From: Escherichia phage TR3
Direction: 5' to 3' (one strand)
Sequence record: PP069512
Length of the DNA stretch: 44,747 bases
Part shown: positions 18,534 through 27,503 of the stretch, one piece after another
How the letters are laid out: the number at the start of each line of letters is the position of its first letter
How positions within the stretch are numbered: position 1 is the stretch's first letter
The notes under the pieces: generated by a model
The model's database searches: none
Told to the model about the DNA's origin: nothing
The model's input: only the letters and a program-made list of their open reading frames with translations
Program-made: the position numbers and the translations under genes

Positions 18534-19184
18534 ATGCAAATTTCAGAATTATGCAAATCAATTTTAAAAGCGCTTCACACTGCTAAATCGCTATTTGCGA
18601 AGGCTGAAAAGTCTAAGCAGAACTCTCACTTAAAGAATAAATACGCTACCTTAGAAGACGTTTTGGCGGCTGTTGAGCCTGGTTTATATGAGTGTGGTTT
18701 GGTGATGTTCCAGAGTGTGATTGATGACGAACAAACAAATCGCATGAAGGTCGAGACAAAGCTGTTTCATGTTGAATCTGGAGAGTGGGTAAGCTTCTTA
18801 ATGATAGTCCCAATCAGCAAGAATGATGCACAAGGTTACGGATCAGCTTTAACATACGCTCGTCGCTACGGTATCACAGCTGCCTTGGGTCTTAGCCAGG
18901 CTGATGATGACGGAAATCTTGCAGCCAAAGGCGTTAAGGATTTCAAGCGAGAGCTAGAGAAATGCAATACTCTTGATGAACTTCGTAACGTCTGGAAAGA
19001 GGCTAAGCAGTCACTTGATGCGGCTGGATGGAAGGTGTTTGAGCCTTACATTATCGAGCGAAAAGCAGAGATTGAGGCAAATGCAGCAACTGGCTTCAAC
19101 CCAGCAACACCAAAGAAAGTTGCAGAAAAAAGTAGTACTACTGAAAAGATTGAAGTAGAATCACAACAAATCGACACATTCTAA
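18534..19184 (+). CDS. ERF-family single-strand annealing protein
   Basis: Motif GSALTYARRYG typical of Erf family; RBS GAGGT. Confidence 0.8.
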   Translation: MQISELCKSILKALHTAKSLFAKAEKSKQNSHLKNKYATLEDVLAAVEPGLYECGLVMFQSVIDDEQTNRMKVETKLFHVESGEWVSFLMIVPISKNDAQGYGSALTYARRYGITAALGLSQADDDGNLAAKGVKDFKRELEKCNTLDELRNVWKEAKQSLDAAGWKVFEPYIIERKAEIEANAATGFNPATPKKVAEKSSTTEKIEVESQQIDTF

Positions 19185-19227
19185 ATTAAGCGGGGATTCG
19201 TCCCCAACAAAACAGAGAGAGATAACA

Positions 19228-19647
19228 GTGCACGTAATTACTGGTCAGATTCGCAAAGCACCATTCACCAAAGAAGGCAGCAACAACAACGGACGTTGGA
19301 AAATGTACGCAGTAGAACTTTCTGAACGAATGAAGATTCGAAATCAGAATGGCGAGGATGAGACTGTTTACAGTAACTACCGCGCTACGTTCTTCGCAAA
19401 GGAAAATGTCATGGCATGGTATGACGAAGCGTTCCAGGAAGGTAAGGTGGTCTCTATTTCGTCCGATACGTTACACATTACGGCGCGTGATCATAACGGA
19501 ACTACATACACAACAGCGGAGCTTATCCGCCCTCAGTTGCAATTCAGCCAGCGCGAGCCAGCACAACAGCAGCCTCAGCAACAACAGCAGCAACCTCAGC
19601 GGTCACCGCAGCAGCAAAAACAATTCGATGACGACATTCCATTCTAA
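19228..19647 (+). CDS. ssb: single-stranded DNA-binding protein
   Basis: C-terminal acidic tail DDDIPF preceded by Gln/Pro-rich linker; GTG start (uncertain). Confidence 0.75.
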   Translation: MHVITGQIRKAPFTKEGSNNNGRWKMYAVELSERMKIRNQNGEDETVYSNYRATFFAKENVMAWYDEAFQEGKVVSISSDTLHITARDHNGTTYTTAELIRPQLQFSQREPAQQQPQQQQQQPQRSPQQQKQFDDDIPF

Positions 19648-19659
19648 TGATAAAACTAA

Positions 19660-19685
19660 CCCCGCCTCCGCGGGGTTTTTGTTTT
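19660..19685. terminator. bidirectional terminator
   Basis: CCCCGC-CTCC-GCGGGG hairpin then TTTTTGTTTT; tailspike stop lies in the T-tract. Confidence 0.7.
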
Positions 19686-22248
19686 ATATTGGATAATTAG
19701 ATACCTTGATGTCAGAAAAAATTGTTGTTCCGGTAAGCGCAGAATCAGCGTCAGATGCAGCTGCCGGAGCTAAAAGTATTTCAACCGCAGCACAATTCGC
19801 ATTAGTCACTGCATATATAAGAGACTTCAATTCCCATGACGAGTTAGGAACTAAAGGTCTGTAAGTATTAACCAGTGCAGCTCCAGATGAATCAAGTTCT
19901 CTGAATATCACAGAGGCGACACTCGAACTACCACTTAGAACATACAAATCAAGATAAACCCAACCTTTTGTCGACGCAAGAATTGTAGCAACACTAAGAG
20001 ACTGAATGCTGGCCCTATTTTTGTCGTTCAATGTAAACGCATATCCGGTTCCCAGGGGCCACGAAGCGCTATCGGTTTTTTCTGGATCAGTGCTTTTGAC
20101 ATTTTTTAACAGTCTGTCGTAATTTAAGTAATTTGGTTTTACTACAGAGTATGGTTTGTTCCCATGGTATGTTATTGAACTGCTAGATACCTTTGTTTTA
20201 CCGTTATTATTATTGACAACGCCTGATAATGTTACATTGTGGCCTGTAGCGACATTGAGGTCATAGGAGTTGTCGTACGACATAGCGGAACCTTGCGTGT
20301 TATCGGTAGGTACTATCTCAGCGAGCGTAGTACCGTCTATTCTACCGCGAACCAGTTCCCATGACACCGCCGCGCCGTTGCAAAACTTAGCCCACACACC
20401 ATCAACAGTGCAATGTGATGTATTTACTAACCTAATGGCACTGTTGTTAACTCGTTCAATACTCGCTGAAAGGATATTTATATAGAGACTTTGATGGTAA
20501 TTAGTTTCGCTTGGATACTTATAATCCGTCACGAAAAGACCTGCTTGACCTGCCCGTGAAGCAGGTGACGCACTGTATCGGAAGCCCTCAATTGTTATAT
20601 GCTCTCCCTGTACTTCCAGGTAGTTCTTTGTGGTCTGGGATGCCCCCGTCTGTACACCTTCGTTTGAAGAAGTGAATACCCCATAGCTAGAACCATCAGT
20701 ACTATGGTGGCAGTCATTCATATCGTATGTTTGACACCCATCAATAATCCAATGCTCACAACCACGCTTAAGATCTGCCAGGGTTCGGTGGCCATTGGCC
20801 GTACTATTACGACATACAATATTTTTAATTGTGTACGTTCCGTAAGGCCCTGGCGCGTCAATAGTTCCATTCATGCATTTGAATGCGTTGAATCCAATCG
20901 CAGTAACTGTTGGGTCTGTACCCTCAGACGAGCAGTTAATATAGCGTATACCGTCAATCTTCCCACCACCTGTGGTATAGCCTTCCCACGCCTCATGAGG
21001 GCAATTTTTAAAGTGACAACCGTTAGCCTCTATATCACGGATAATATTACCGACACCGTCACTGTGCCAGCAAAAAGCGCGAATCAGGTTTTCGGATGGA
21101 GTTGAATACCCACCCTGATACTGACCGTCAAATCCGATATTCTCCAGGCGCGCGAAGGTTAGCCCCGTGGCTGGGTTCTTTCTGGAAAACCAGGCATACA
21201 CACTACCATAGTTACCAGAATACGCAGCACCTAATGCAGTTCTCGTCAGGGTTAATGGTTTGATTGTAGTGTTGAACCTTCCGTTGGATTTCCAGTGGAA
21301 AAAATCTCCAACTCTGACCATACCAGAGAAAACAACCTCTTCAATGCCACTAAAATCTATTGGTAAGCGAAGTGACTCTGATAGATCCTGTATCTCTTGG
21401 ATTATAGAAGAACAATCAACCCCGCTAACAACACCGTATAGTTTTGCTGAAATCACGCCAGAAGAGGATGCGAAATTCCCTATGTGTAACGCTCCTTTTT
21501 CAGATGCAAGCTCACTTCTCAAAGCAGCATCGCCAACACTAACCCACGCCCCTAATTCAATCCCACCAGTGCTATCTGGGGTTGAACCACCTGGAAACGT
21601 CTTTGGCAATGATCCAGTCCATATATAAGACTTAACATCGCTTCCATTGACGTATAAAACCTGCTGATTTTTAGACTCTAGCGTTCCTCCATCTGAGAAG
21701 TTTAAAGTTAATGACCCAGACACAGAATTTGCCGCTGCCTCTGCTCTATCGGCGGCAGATGATGCATTGGTAGCGTTAATTTGTGATGATGATACATCAT
21801 TTGAAACCTGTGTTGCATCACTTGAAACCTGCGCACCAATAGAAACAACATCACCATGCTGAGTGTTTACCTGAGCTACCTTCGATTCAAAATCCGCAGA
21901 GTCAAAGTTGTTAAAAGCATCAACGGCATCTGCAACTTCTGTTTCTCGAGACTGATAATATCGAAGCGTTTCAGCAACATCCTGAGCCAAACCCTGAACG
22001 GTAATCCCATCGTGTGCAAGAATCGCGTAACCAGTTCCGGCAGGAACAGTTTCAGAATTAGGATTATAAACATTAACCTGAGTGTCGCTGATAATTTCTG
22101 AGATAGTGTAAATCTGTACTGGTTCAGTTTTGAAAACAATGGTAGCACCAATGCGAATCAGTGTAAGCGGCGCTTTCCATGTCGTTCCTACGCCAGTTAC
22201 CTCGCCATTCGCGGCTAGCGATGCTGTTCCTAAGTCATAAATTGCCAT
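19684..22248 (-). CDS. tailspike / tail fiber with probable beta-helix polysaccharide depolymerase domain
   Basis: 854 aa from ATG 22248 (RBS GGAGA); Gly/Asn/Thr/Ser-rich repetitive beta-type composition; N-terminal adaptor-like segment. Confidence 0.65.
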   Translation of the reverse strand: MAIYDLGTASLAANGEVTGVGTTWKAPLTLIRIGATIVFKTEPVQIYTISEIISDTQVNVYNPNSETVPAGTGYAILAHDGITVQGLAQDVAETLRYYQSRETEVADAVDAFNNFDSADFESKVAQVNTQHGDVVSIGAQVSSDATQVSNDVSSSQINATNASSAADRAEAAANSVSGSLTLNFSDGGTLESKNQQVLYVNGSDVKSYIWTGSLPKTFPGGSTPDSTGGIELGAWVSVGDAALRSELASEKGALHIGNFASSSGVISAKLYGVVSGVDCSSIIQEIQDLSESLRLPIDFSGIEEVVFSGMVRVGDFFHWKSNGRFNTTIKPLTLTRTALGAAYSGNYGSVYAWFSRKNPATGLTFARLENIGFDGQYQGGYSTPSENLIRAFCWHSDGVGNIIRDIEANGCHFKNCPHEAWEGYTTGGGKIDGIRYINCSSEGTDPTVTAIGFNAFKCMNGTIDAPGPYGTYTIKNIVCRNSTANGHRTLADLKRGCEHWIIDGCQTYDMNDCHHSTDGSSYGVFTSSNEGVQTGASQTTKNYLEVQGEHITIEGFRYSASPASRAGQAGLFVTDYKYPSETNYHQSLYINILSASIERVNNSAIRLVNTSHCTVDGVWAKFCNGAAVSWELVRGRIDGTTLAEIVPTDNTQGSAMSYDNSYDLNVATGHNVTLSGVVNNNNGKTKVSSSSITYHGNKPYSVVKPNYLNYDRLLKNVKSTDPEKTDSASWPLGTGYAFTLNDKNRASIQSLSVATILASTKGWVYLDLYVLSGSSSVASVIFRELDSSGAALVNTYRPLVPNSSWELKSLIYAVTNANCAAVEILLAPAAASDADSALTGTTIFSDIKVSNYPI

Positions 22249-22271
22249 TGTGTAAAGTCTCCATATGTAAA

Positions 22272-22317
22272 ATAGCACGAATTGCTAAAGTGGATTGTAG
22301 CATCTTTCAGGTATAAA
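22272..22317 (+). promoter_or_regulatory. orphan promoter box on + strand between two leftward genes
   Basis: ATAGCACGAATTGCTAAAG at 22272-22290; TATAAA at 22312-22317 (24-bp spacer); no downstream + strand gene. Confidence 0.35.
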
Positions 22318-22321
22318 AAAA

Positions 22322-22335
22322 CCTCCCGAAGGAGG
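22322..22335 (-). terminator. terminator of primase gene (minus strand)
   Basis: CCTCC-CGAA-GGAGG hairpin with A-tract on + strand; abuts primase stop. Confidence 0.55.
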
Positions 22336-23310
22336 TTAGCTGTTCAATAAATCACTTGCCTTATATATCTTCTTCCTGATTCCGCTCTTGAATGAGTATT
22401 CATCATTTGGTATTACCACATCAAGATTCCTCTCATCAGCAACGCAAAGCAATTCCCTATCAAGATAGCAAGCAACTCTTAACTTGAAATCTTTGAGTGC
22501 GTAAGCAACCATCTCCATGTTGTAGCTAGAGTGGCAAACAAGTACACATCGGTTGCCAGTAGCAAGATGAACACGAATACCATCAATCCAATTATCCACA
22601 AGATAAGCGTACTCATCACTTTTAAAGGAACCAATAACAGCAACTGACTGGCGTGTGTAATATTTTGCAGCATAACTAACATCTCCCTCCTCGTTAATAA
22701 ACATTACATTGCACATTTCTTCTGATATACCGTCACTATAAACCATAAAGCACGGTATTGCGTGTATTATTTCACCGGATTTTGTCCTGCCAACATCAAA
22801 ACCAAACTCGCTATAGATACCCTCGTATGTACTGAGCGGGGTTGATTCTACTCTTTCAGTCCTCTCCATTATCTCTAAGCATCTCTCGTGGTCAATTTGA
22901 GCGCCCATTTTGTAGAGCTTGGTTCTTGATGCTTGCTTGTTTGCCTTGTTAACAACCTCAACAGGGATAAGGCTTAACCACTCACCGAGAACATCGATAC
23001 ATTCACTAAATGACTCACCTCGCATTTTCTGGACCCAAACAACACCATCTCCTGAACCGCATTGGTTGCAGATAATTCCACCATCACCATCTTCGCTAAC
23101 CTTATTAGTCCATCTTGCGCGATCGTTGCCGCCGCAATAAATGCACGGCTGATGCTTTTTGGTCTGGAAAAACTTAGGGTCAGCGCCGCAGATGTTGATA
23201 AGTGCTTTATCCCACAGGCCGCGCATTCTTGGTATAACTTCTTTCTTATCGTAGTGCATATCAATCTGTCTCTTAACAAATAAAAAAAGGATGTACCGAT
23301 TATGGCACAT
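22336..23310 (-). CDS. DNA primase (zinc-ribbon type)
   Basis: Zinc-ribbon motif CIYCGGNDRARW...CNQCG near N-terminus; start may be internal Met at 23259. Confidence 0.65.
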   Translation of the reverse strand: MCHNRYILFLFVKRQIDMHYDKKEVIPRMRGLWDKALINICGADPKFFQTKKHQPCIYCGGNDRARWTNKVSEDGDGGIICNQCGSGDGVVWVQKMRGESFSECIDVLGEWLSLIPVEVVNKANKQASRTKLYKMGAQIDHERCLEIMERTERVESTPLSTYEGIYSEFGFDVGRTKSGEIIHAIPCFMVYSDGISEEMCNVMFINEEGDVSYAAKYYTRQSVAVIGSFKSDEYAYLVDNWIDGIRVHLATGNRCVLVCHSSYNMEMVAYALKDFKLRVACYLDRELLCVADERNLDVVIPNDEYSFKSGIRKKIYKASDLLNS

Positions 23311-23318
23311 CCCATTCT

Positions 23319-23792
23319 TTACTCTTTAGCTTTTCGTGCTGCCTCGTTGGCGGCCTTAATCTTACGCCATGATCGACACTCTGGCTTGGTGGCTAATTCA
23401 GCTTCGGTAACCACGCGCAGCATATGACGCTTTTTGCAACGTAGTGTAAGAGGCTTGCCGTTACCGTCGAATTGCAGGTCTGGTCGGCAGAATGTAGCTC
23501 GAAAACCTTCTCCGGTTCGTTTGTAGTAGTTGTGCGACAGCTGAGCACCACGCGCAGAAATCATACCACGATTGAACCATTCTTCTACAGTTTGGGGAGT
23601 TACCTTTAACTGCTTTGCGATGTTTGCCTTTGTTCCGAAGAAATCAAGGAGCATCTCAAGCCGTGCGCGTAACCCTGCCCTTACCTCGTCTTTTAAAACG
23701 TAGTAGCCTGAAGGTCGTTTCCGTTGTTTTTTGTCTTCAGTGCGGATGGTTCCGTTATTACCGTTAGTGGTTCGCTTGTCAACTGCACTCAT
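23319..23792 (-). CDS. basic HTH DNA-binding protein
   Basis: HTH-like segment TKANIAKQLKVTPQTVEEWF; ATG 23792 with RBS GAGGT (track start 23828 lacks RBS). Confidence 0.55.
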   Translation of the reverse strand: MSAVDKRTTNGNNGTIRTEDKKQRKRPSGYYVLKDEVRAGLRARLEMLLDFFGTKANIAKQLKVTPQTVEEWFNRGMISARGAQLSHNYYKRTGEGFRATFCRPDLQFDGNGKPLTLRCKKRHMLRVVTEAELATKPECRSWRKIKAANEAARKAKE

Positions 23793-23804
23793 TTTGTTAC
23801 CTCG

Positions 23805-23848
23805 ATAGCATTTTTTGTTAAAAGTCATTCTTATTTGATGGTAGTATT
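23805..23848 (+). promoter_or_regulatory. phage promoter box, variant (ATAGCATTTT-TTGTTA, about 21-bp spacer, TAGTAT)
   Basis: Box 23805-23820 in divergent region upstream of helicase gene. Confidence 0.4.
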
Positions 23849-23893
23849 GTACTCAATTAAACGCTACAAGACAATTTTTATAGGAATTTAGAT

Positions 23894-25888
23894 ATGTTGC
23901 CTATCGAGAAGCTGGTTGCCAACTTTGATAAAGAAAGAATCAAACAGATTCAGAAAGATTATCAGTTTGGCGAGATAACCCCTTACGAATTCCAGTGCGT
24001 AACATTTGATGCAATCGGAAAGTCTATTGGCAAGTACGAGGCACCATTTATCGCTGACCTTTCAGTATCCGCTGGTAAGACAATCATTCTTGCTATGATT
24101 GGAAAGCGTATGGAGCAGCTTGGGCTTCCTTATATGGTTCTTTCTCGCCAGTCAGAAATAATTAGCCAGAACTCAGAAGAGCTTCGTAATTTCGGCATCC
24201 GTAATAGCGTCTATTGCGCCGGACTTAACGTTAAATCAGTTTACTACCCAACCATAGTGGCTAGCGAGGGTACAGCAGCTAACGGCTTGTTTAAGGGGCT
24301 TGGTGACTATGTTCCTGCCGTTATAGCTATAGATGAGTGTCACATGGTGGACCACATGGATATTGTGGAAGCTGAAGAGAACGAGGAAACATTTGAGCAA
24401 ATGAGCACAAAGAAAGGCGAGATGGTTTTTAAGGGTGGCGTAAACACAGGATTGCTTGGCACTGGTCGTGCGCAGTACACGCTAATTATCACTGAAATGA
24501 AGCGCCGCTGCAAAGAGAAGTATGGTCGCGAGCTCCGTATATTCGGCTTGACTGGTAGCCCGTATCGTAACAACGACCACATTGTAGTTAGTAACCCAAA
24601 TATTCGTGGCTTCTGGCGCAAGACGGTAATGCAAGTTCCGACCAGTTACCTGGTTGATTTGGGATTCGTTGTTCCAACTGTTTACGGTGAGGTTGGTGAT
24701 TTGGGTTATGACCTTAGCGAGTTTGCACCTGATGGAAGTGATGGCGTTAAGGATTTCAGCAAAAAAGAAATGGATGCAATGGCTGCAAAGATTCACGAAA
24801 ACCAGACGATGACACAAAAGATAATGGGGTTCGTTATCAAAATACTTGAAACACGTAACGCCGCACTGGTAACTTGCGCTGGTAAAATGCACTGCGATGA
24901 AGCGGCTGCTGCTCTACCCGATGGTTATCCTTACGCGATAATCACTGATTCCACTGGTGAGAAGAAGAGAAGGGAAATTCTAGATGAATGCCAGACCGGA
25001 AAGTACAAGATTATTTTTCAGATTGGATGCTTAACCACAGGCGTTTCGGTGCCTCCGTGGGACACAAGTGTCATACTCCGCAAGATTGGAAGCCTGACAT
25101 TAATGATTCAGCTTCTTGGTCGTGGAATGCGAATTCTCAAGAAGAAACATATTGAAATTGGTATGAAAAAGGATGACCACTTAGTCCTGGACTTTGCTGG
25201 CGCACTTGATGATATGGCTGAACTTTACTTTGATCCAATAATTGAAGAGATTCAGGCCGAGAAGTTTAAGTCATCACGCAATGGTGATTCAGAGGTTCGA
25301 GTGTGCCCAATTTGCTCATACGAGAATTCGCCTTTTGCTCGTAGATGCGGAAATAAGATTGACGGAAAGAGATGTGAGCACTTCTTTACTTTTACAGTTT
25401 GTGAAGATATTACAGACCTGCAGACAAAGGCTATTATCAAAAAAGGGTGCGGGACTCGCAATGATATAGCAGCGAAGGTCTGTCGAGAGTGCGGAGAGAT
25501 GCTTAAAGACCCCAATGCTAACCTTACAGGTAAGATGTATCGTCGTGGTGATTACCTTCTTGTTTATGATTTTCAAGTTGGCTTAAGTAAGAATCAAACC
25601 GGAATTGTTGTTAAGTACAATATCATGGCTCATAACGGAGATCGGTTTAATGCATGGGAATTCTTCAACCCCGAGTCTGACCATCGAGTTTGCAGCGTGC
25701 TATGGAAGAACTTCTGCCTTGCTCATATAGAGAATCGCGCTGAAGCCACAAGAATTGGCAGACTTCGCAATGCGAGAATGATTATGGCGAACGTAGATAA
25801 GTTCCGCGCACCAGTGCAGGTTACACATAGAAAAAACGGCAAAGGTAAAGATATAATCGCTTTTAAGAATTTTGGAGAATTGTTATGA
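23894..25888 (+). CDS. SF2 (DEAD/DEAH-type) helicase
   Basis: Walker A SVSAGKT; motif II DECH; motif VI QLLGRGMR; C-terminal Cys-rich zinc-finger-like repeats. Confidence 0.8.
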   Translation: MLPIEKLVANFDKERIKQIQKDYQFGEITPYEFQCVTFDAIGKSIGKYEAPFIADLSVSAGKTIILAMIGKRMEQLGLPYMVLSRQSEIISQNSEELRNFGIRNSVYCAGLNVKSVYYPTIVASEGTAANGLFKGLGDYVPAVIAIDECHMVDHMDIVEAEENEETFEQMSTKKGEMVFKGGVNTGLLGTGRAQYTLIITEMKRRCKEKYGRELRIFGLTGSPYRNNDHIVVSNPNIRGFWRKTVMQVPTSYLVDLGFVVPTVYGEVGDLGYDLSEFAPDGSDGVKDFSKKEMDAMAAKIHENQTMTQKIMGFVIKILETRNAALVTCAGKMHCDEAAAALPDGYPYAIITDSTGEKKRREILDECQTGKYKIIFQIGCLTTGVSVPPWDTSVILRKIGSLTLMIQLLGRGMRILKKKHIEIGMKKDDHLVLDFAGALDDMAELYFDPIIEEIQAEKFKSSRNGDSEVRVCPICSYENSPFARRCGNKIDGKRCEHFFTFTVCEDITDLQTKAIIKKGCGTRNDIAAKVCRECGEMLKDPNANLTGKMYRRGDYLLVYDFQVGLSKNQTGIVVKYNIMAHNGDRFNAWEFFNPESDHRVCSVLWKNFCLAHIENRAEATRIGRLRNARMIMANVDKFRAPVQVTHRKNGKGKDIIAFKNFGELL

Positions 25889-26304
25889 AAGTTACAGACA
25901 AAACTGACTACCTCGAGTTCTATGGCGGCCCGGTGAAGTCATGCCCGAAGGAAGACGACGAACAAATCTTTTGCTCTGATTGGGTTAAGTATAACTATCC
26001 GCAGGTTGTTTACTGGCACACAGTTAATGAATCAATGAAGAGCATTGGTCAGGCAAGGAAAGACCAGGCTAAAGGACTTCTTAAAGGCGTATCAGACTGC
26101 CTATTTCTAATACCTGAGTCATTACGAGGAAGTTATCCATTTGGCGCAATAGAGCTAAAGAGGGCTGGGAAAACACAGGCTAGCCCAGTAAGTGATGAGC
26201 AAAAGTCATTCCTAAAAAGCGTAAGGGAATCAGGCGGTTTCGCAGGAGTTGCCTACGGCAGAGATGGTTTTCTTGCTGCATTCGCAGAGATGATTAGAAA
26301 ATAG
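25885..26304 (+). CDS. VRR-NUC domain nuclease
   Basis: PD-(D/E)XK-like motif VSDCLF...IELKRAGK; ATGA-coupled to helicase gene. Confidence 0.65.
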   Translation: MKVTDKTDYLEFYGGPVKSCPKEDDEQIFCSDWVKYNYPQVVYWHTVNESMKSIGQARKDQAKGLLKGVSDCLFLIPESLRGSYPFGAIELKRAGKTQASPVSDEQKSFLKSVRESGGFAGVAYGRDGFLAAFAEMIRK

Positions 26305-26344
26305 CACGAATTGCTAAAGACGAATTGATGAAGTGGTGTATTAT
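26301..26344 (+). promoter_or_regulatory. phage promoter box (ATAGCACGAATTGCTA, 22-bp spacer, TATTAT)
   Basis: TAG of box is the stop of the VRR-NUC gene; -10-like 26339-26344 in loop of 9-bp inverted repeat. Confidence 0.5.
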
Positions 26345-26382
26345 CACTTCATCGAAACGAAACACACGAAGAGAGAAAGAAA

Positions 26383-26583
26383 ATGGCTACTATCTATACT
26401 GGAAAATTCTACGAATCACGCAAGACCGGTTACCAATACTCACTTGCTATCACAGATGATGGTTATATTCTTATTGATGTTGAAGATGTTAACTACGCAT
26501 TTGAAGTCAGCCCAACTTACAAAGACGATTTAGAAACTGTTAAAAACGCGTTTGGCGAGAAATTTGATGAGGTATCTGAGTAA
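26383..26583 (+). CDS. hypothetical small acidic protein (66 aa)
   Basis: RBS-like purine tract; first of six coupled small genes. Confidence 0.5.
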   Translation: MATIYTGKFYESRKTGYQYSLAITDDGYILIDVEDVNYAFEVSPTYKDDLETVKNAFGEKFDEVSE

Positions 26584-26804
26584 TGGCGATTTTAACCTTT
26601 GACAAGCAGTGGGAGTTATTTCAGGCAATGGCATCGCAGGAGTTGCACAAGGCTGGATATAAAGGTGATGTTTGGGATTTGGCTCGTTGCCTGGATTATA
26701 GTTTTGAGGAAGATTACTTGCGAACTGATATCGAAACGTGGCGCGACCGAATGGTTGCAGACATTGCAGAGATGAAGAAAGATTGCCCAGAGGATTTTAA
26801 ATAA
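26583..26804 (+). CDS. hypothetical small acidic protein (73 aa)
   Basis: TAATG coupling. Confidence 0.5.
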   Translation: MAILTFDKQWELFQAMASQELHKAGYKGDVWDLARCLDYSFEEDYLRTDIETWRDRMVADIAEMKKDCPEDFK

Positions 26805-26929
26805 TGAAAATCTTAGATAAAGAGATGTTCGAGATTGCACAGGTTTATGCGATTGACGCTGTTAAGAATAATTCACAATGGTCATGGATGTGCGCTCGTG
26901 AATACCTGAAAATGGCATACGGCTTATGA
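26804..26929 (+). CDS. hypothetical small protein (41 aa)
   Basis: Not in track (<60 aa); TAATG coupling upstream and ATGA coupling downstream. Confidence 0.35.
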   Translation: MKILDKEMFEIAQVYAIDAVKNNSQWSWMCAREYLKMAYGL

Positions 26930-27168
26930 TAGTTGAAACAGGAAGGGCCGCGGTATGGACCCACTGCGCAGAGGCTGGGCTTCAGGATGACATTAAGATG
27001 ATATCTAAGTATTTTGATATAAAAGATATCAGCGTTATTTTCAACGGTAAATTTACGTACATGGATGAAAGGCCGCGCAAGTATGTCAGGGTTAAGCCTG
27101 GCGTAACGATAGACACAAATGAGTTCCTGAAAGAGCAGGGATTCAAATTTAAGATAACGAAGGGTTAG
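26926..27168 (+). CDS. hypothetical protein (80 aa)
   Basis: ATGA coupling. Confidence 0.5.
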   Translation: MIVETGRAAVWTHCAEAGLQDDIKMISKYFDIKDISVIFNGKFTYMDERPRKYVRVKPGVTIDTNEFLKEQGFKFKITKG

Positions 27169-27170
27169 TT

Positions 27171-27422
27171 ATGTTTGGATTAGATTTTCAGCCTGAGCAT
27201 TATGATTTGGTGAGTGGGAGTAGTGGTGCTAAGTTTAGGGCGATACCTATTGCTGATTGGTTTCCTCCTGACTATGCGGATGTTAATGCGAAGACGAAGG
27301 ATGGAAAGTGGGTTCAGATTTATTACTCGCCAGCGTGCGGCAATCTCTGCATGACTGACCTGGACGAGAAATTAGCAATTAGTGCGAATTTAATTGATTA
27401 CTGGCTGAAGGAGGTTGTATGA
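27171..27422 (+). CDS. hypothetical protein (83 aa)
   Basis: RBS AAGGG. Confidence 0.5.
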   Translation: MFGLDFQPEHYDLVSGSSGAKFRAIPIADWFPPDYADVNAKTKDGKWVQIYYSPACGNLCMTDLDEKLAISANLIDYWLKEVV

Positions 27423-27496
27423 AGTACGCCGCCCTAGTAGTATTAGTACCACTGTTTAGCTTTACTATCTTATATTTTATCGTGATGAACTAAGGA
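27419..27496 (+). CDS. hydrophobic micropeptide (25 aa)
   Basis: Not in track; MKYAALVVLVPLFSFTILYFIVMN; RBS GGAGG 7 nt upstream; ATGA coupling. Confidence 0.35.
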
Positions 27497-27503
27497 TTTG
27501 AAA

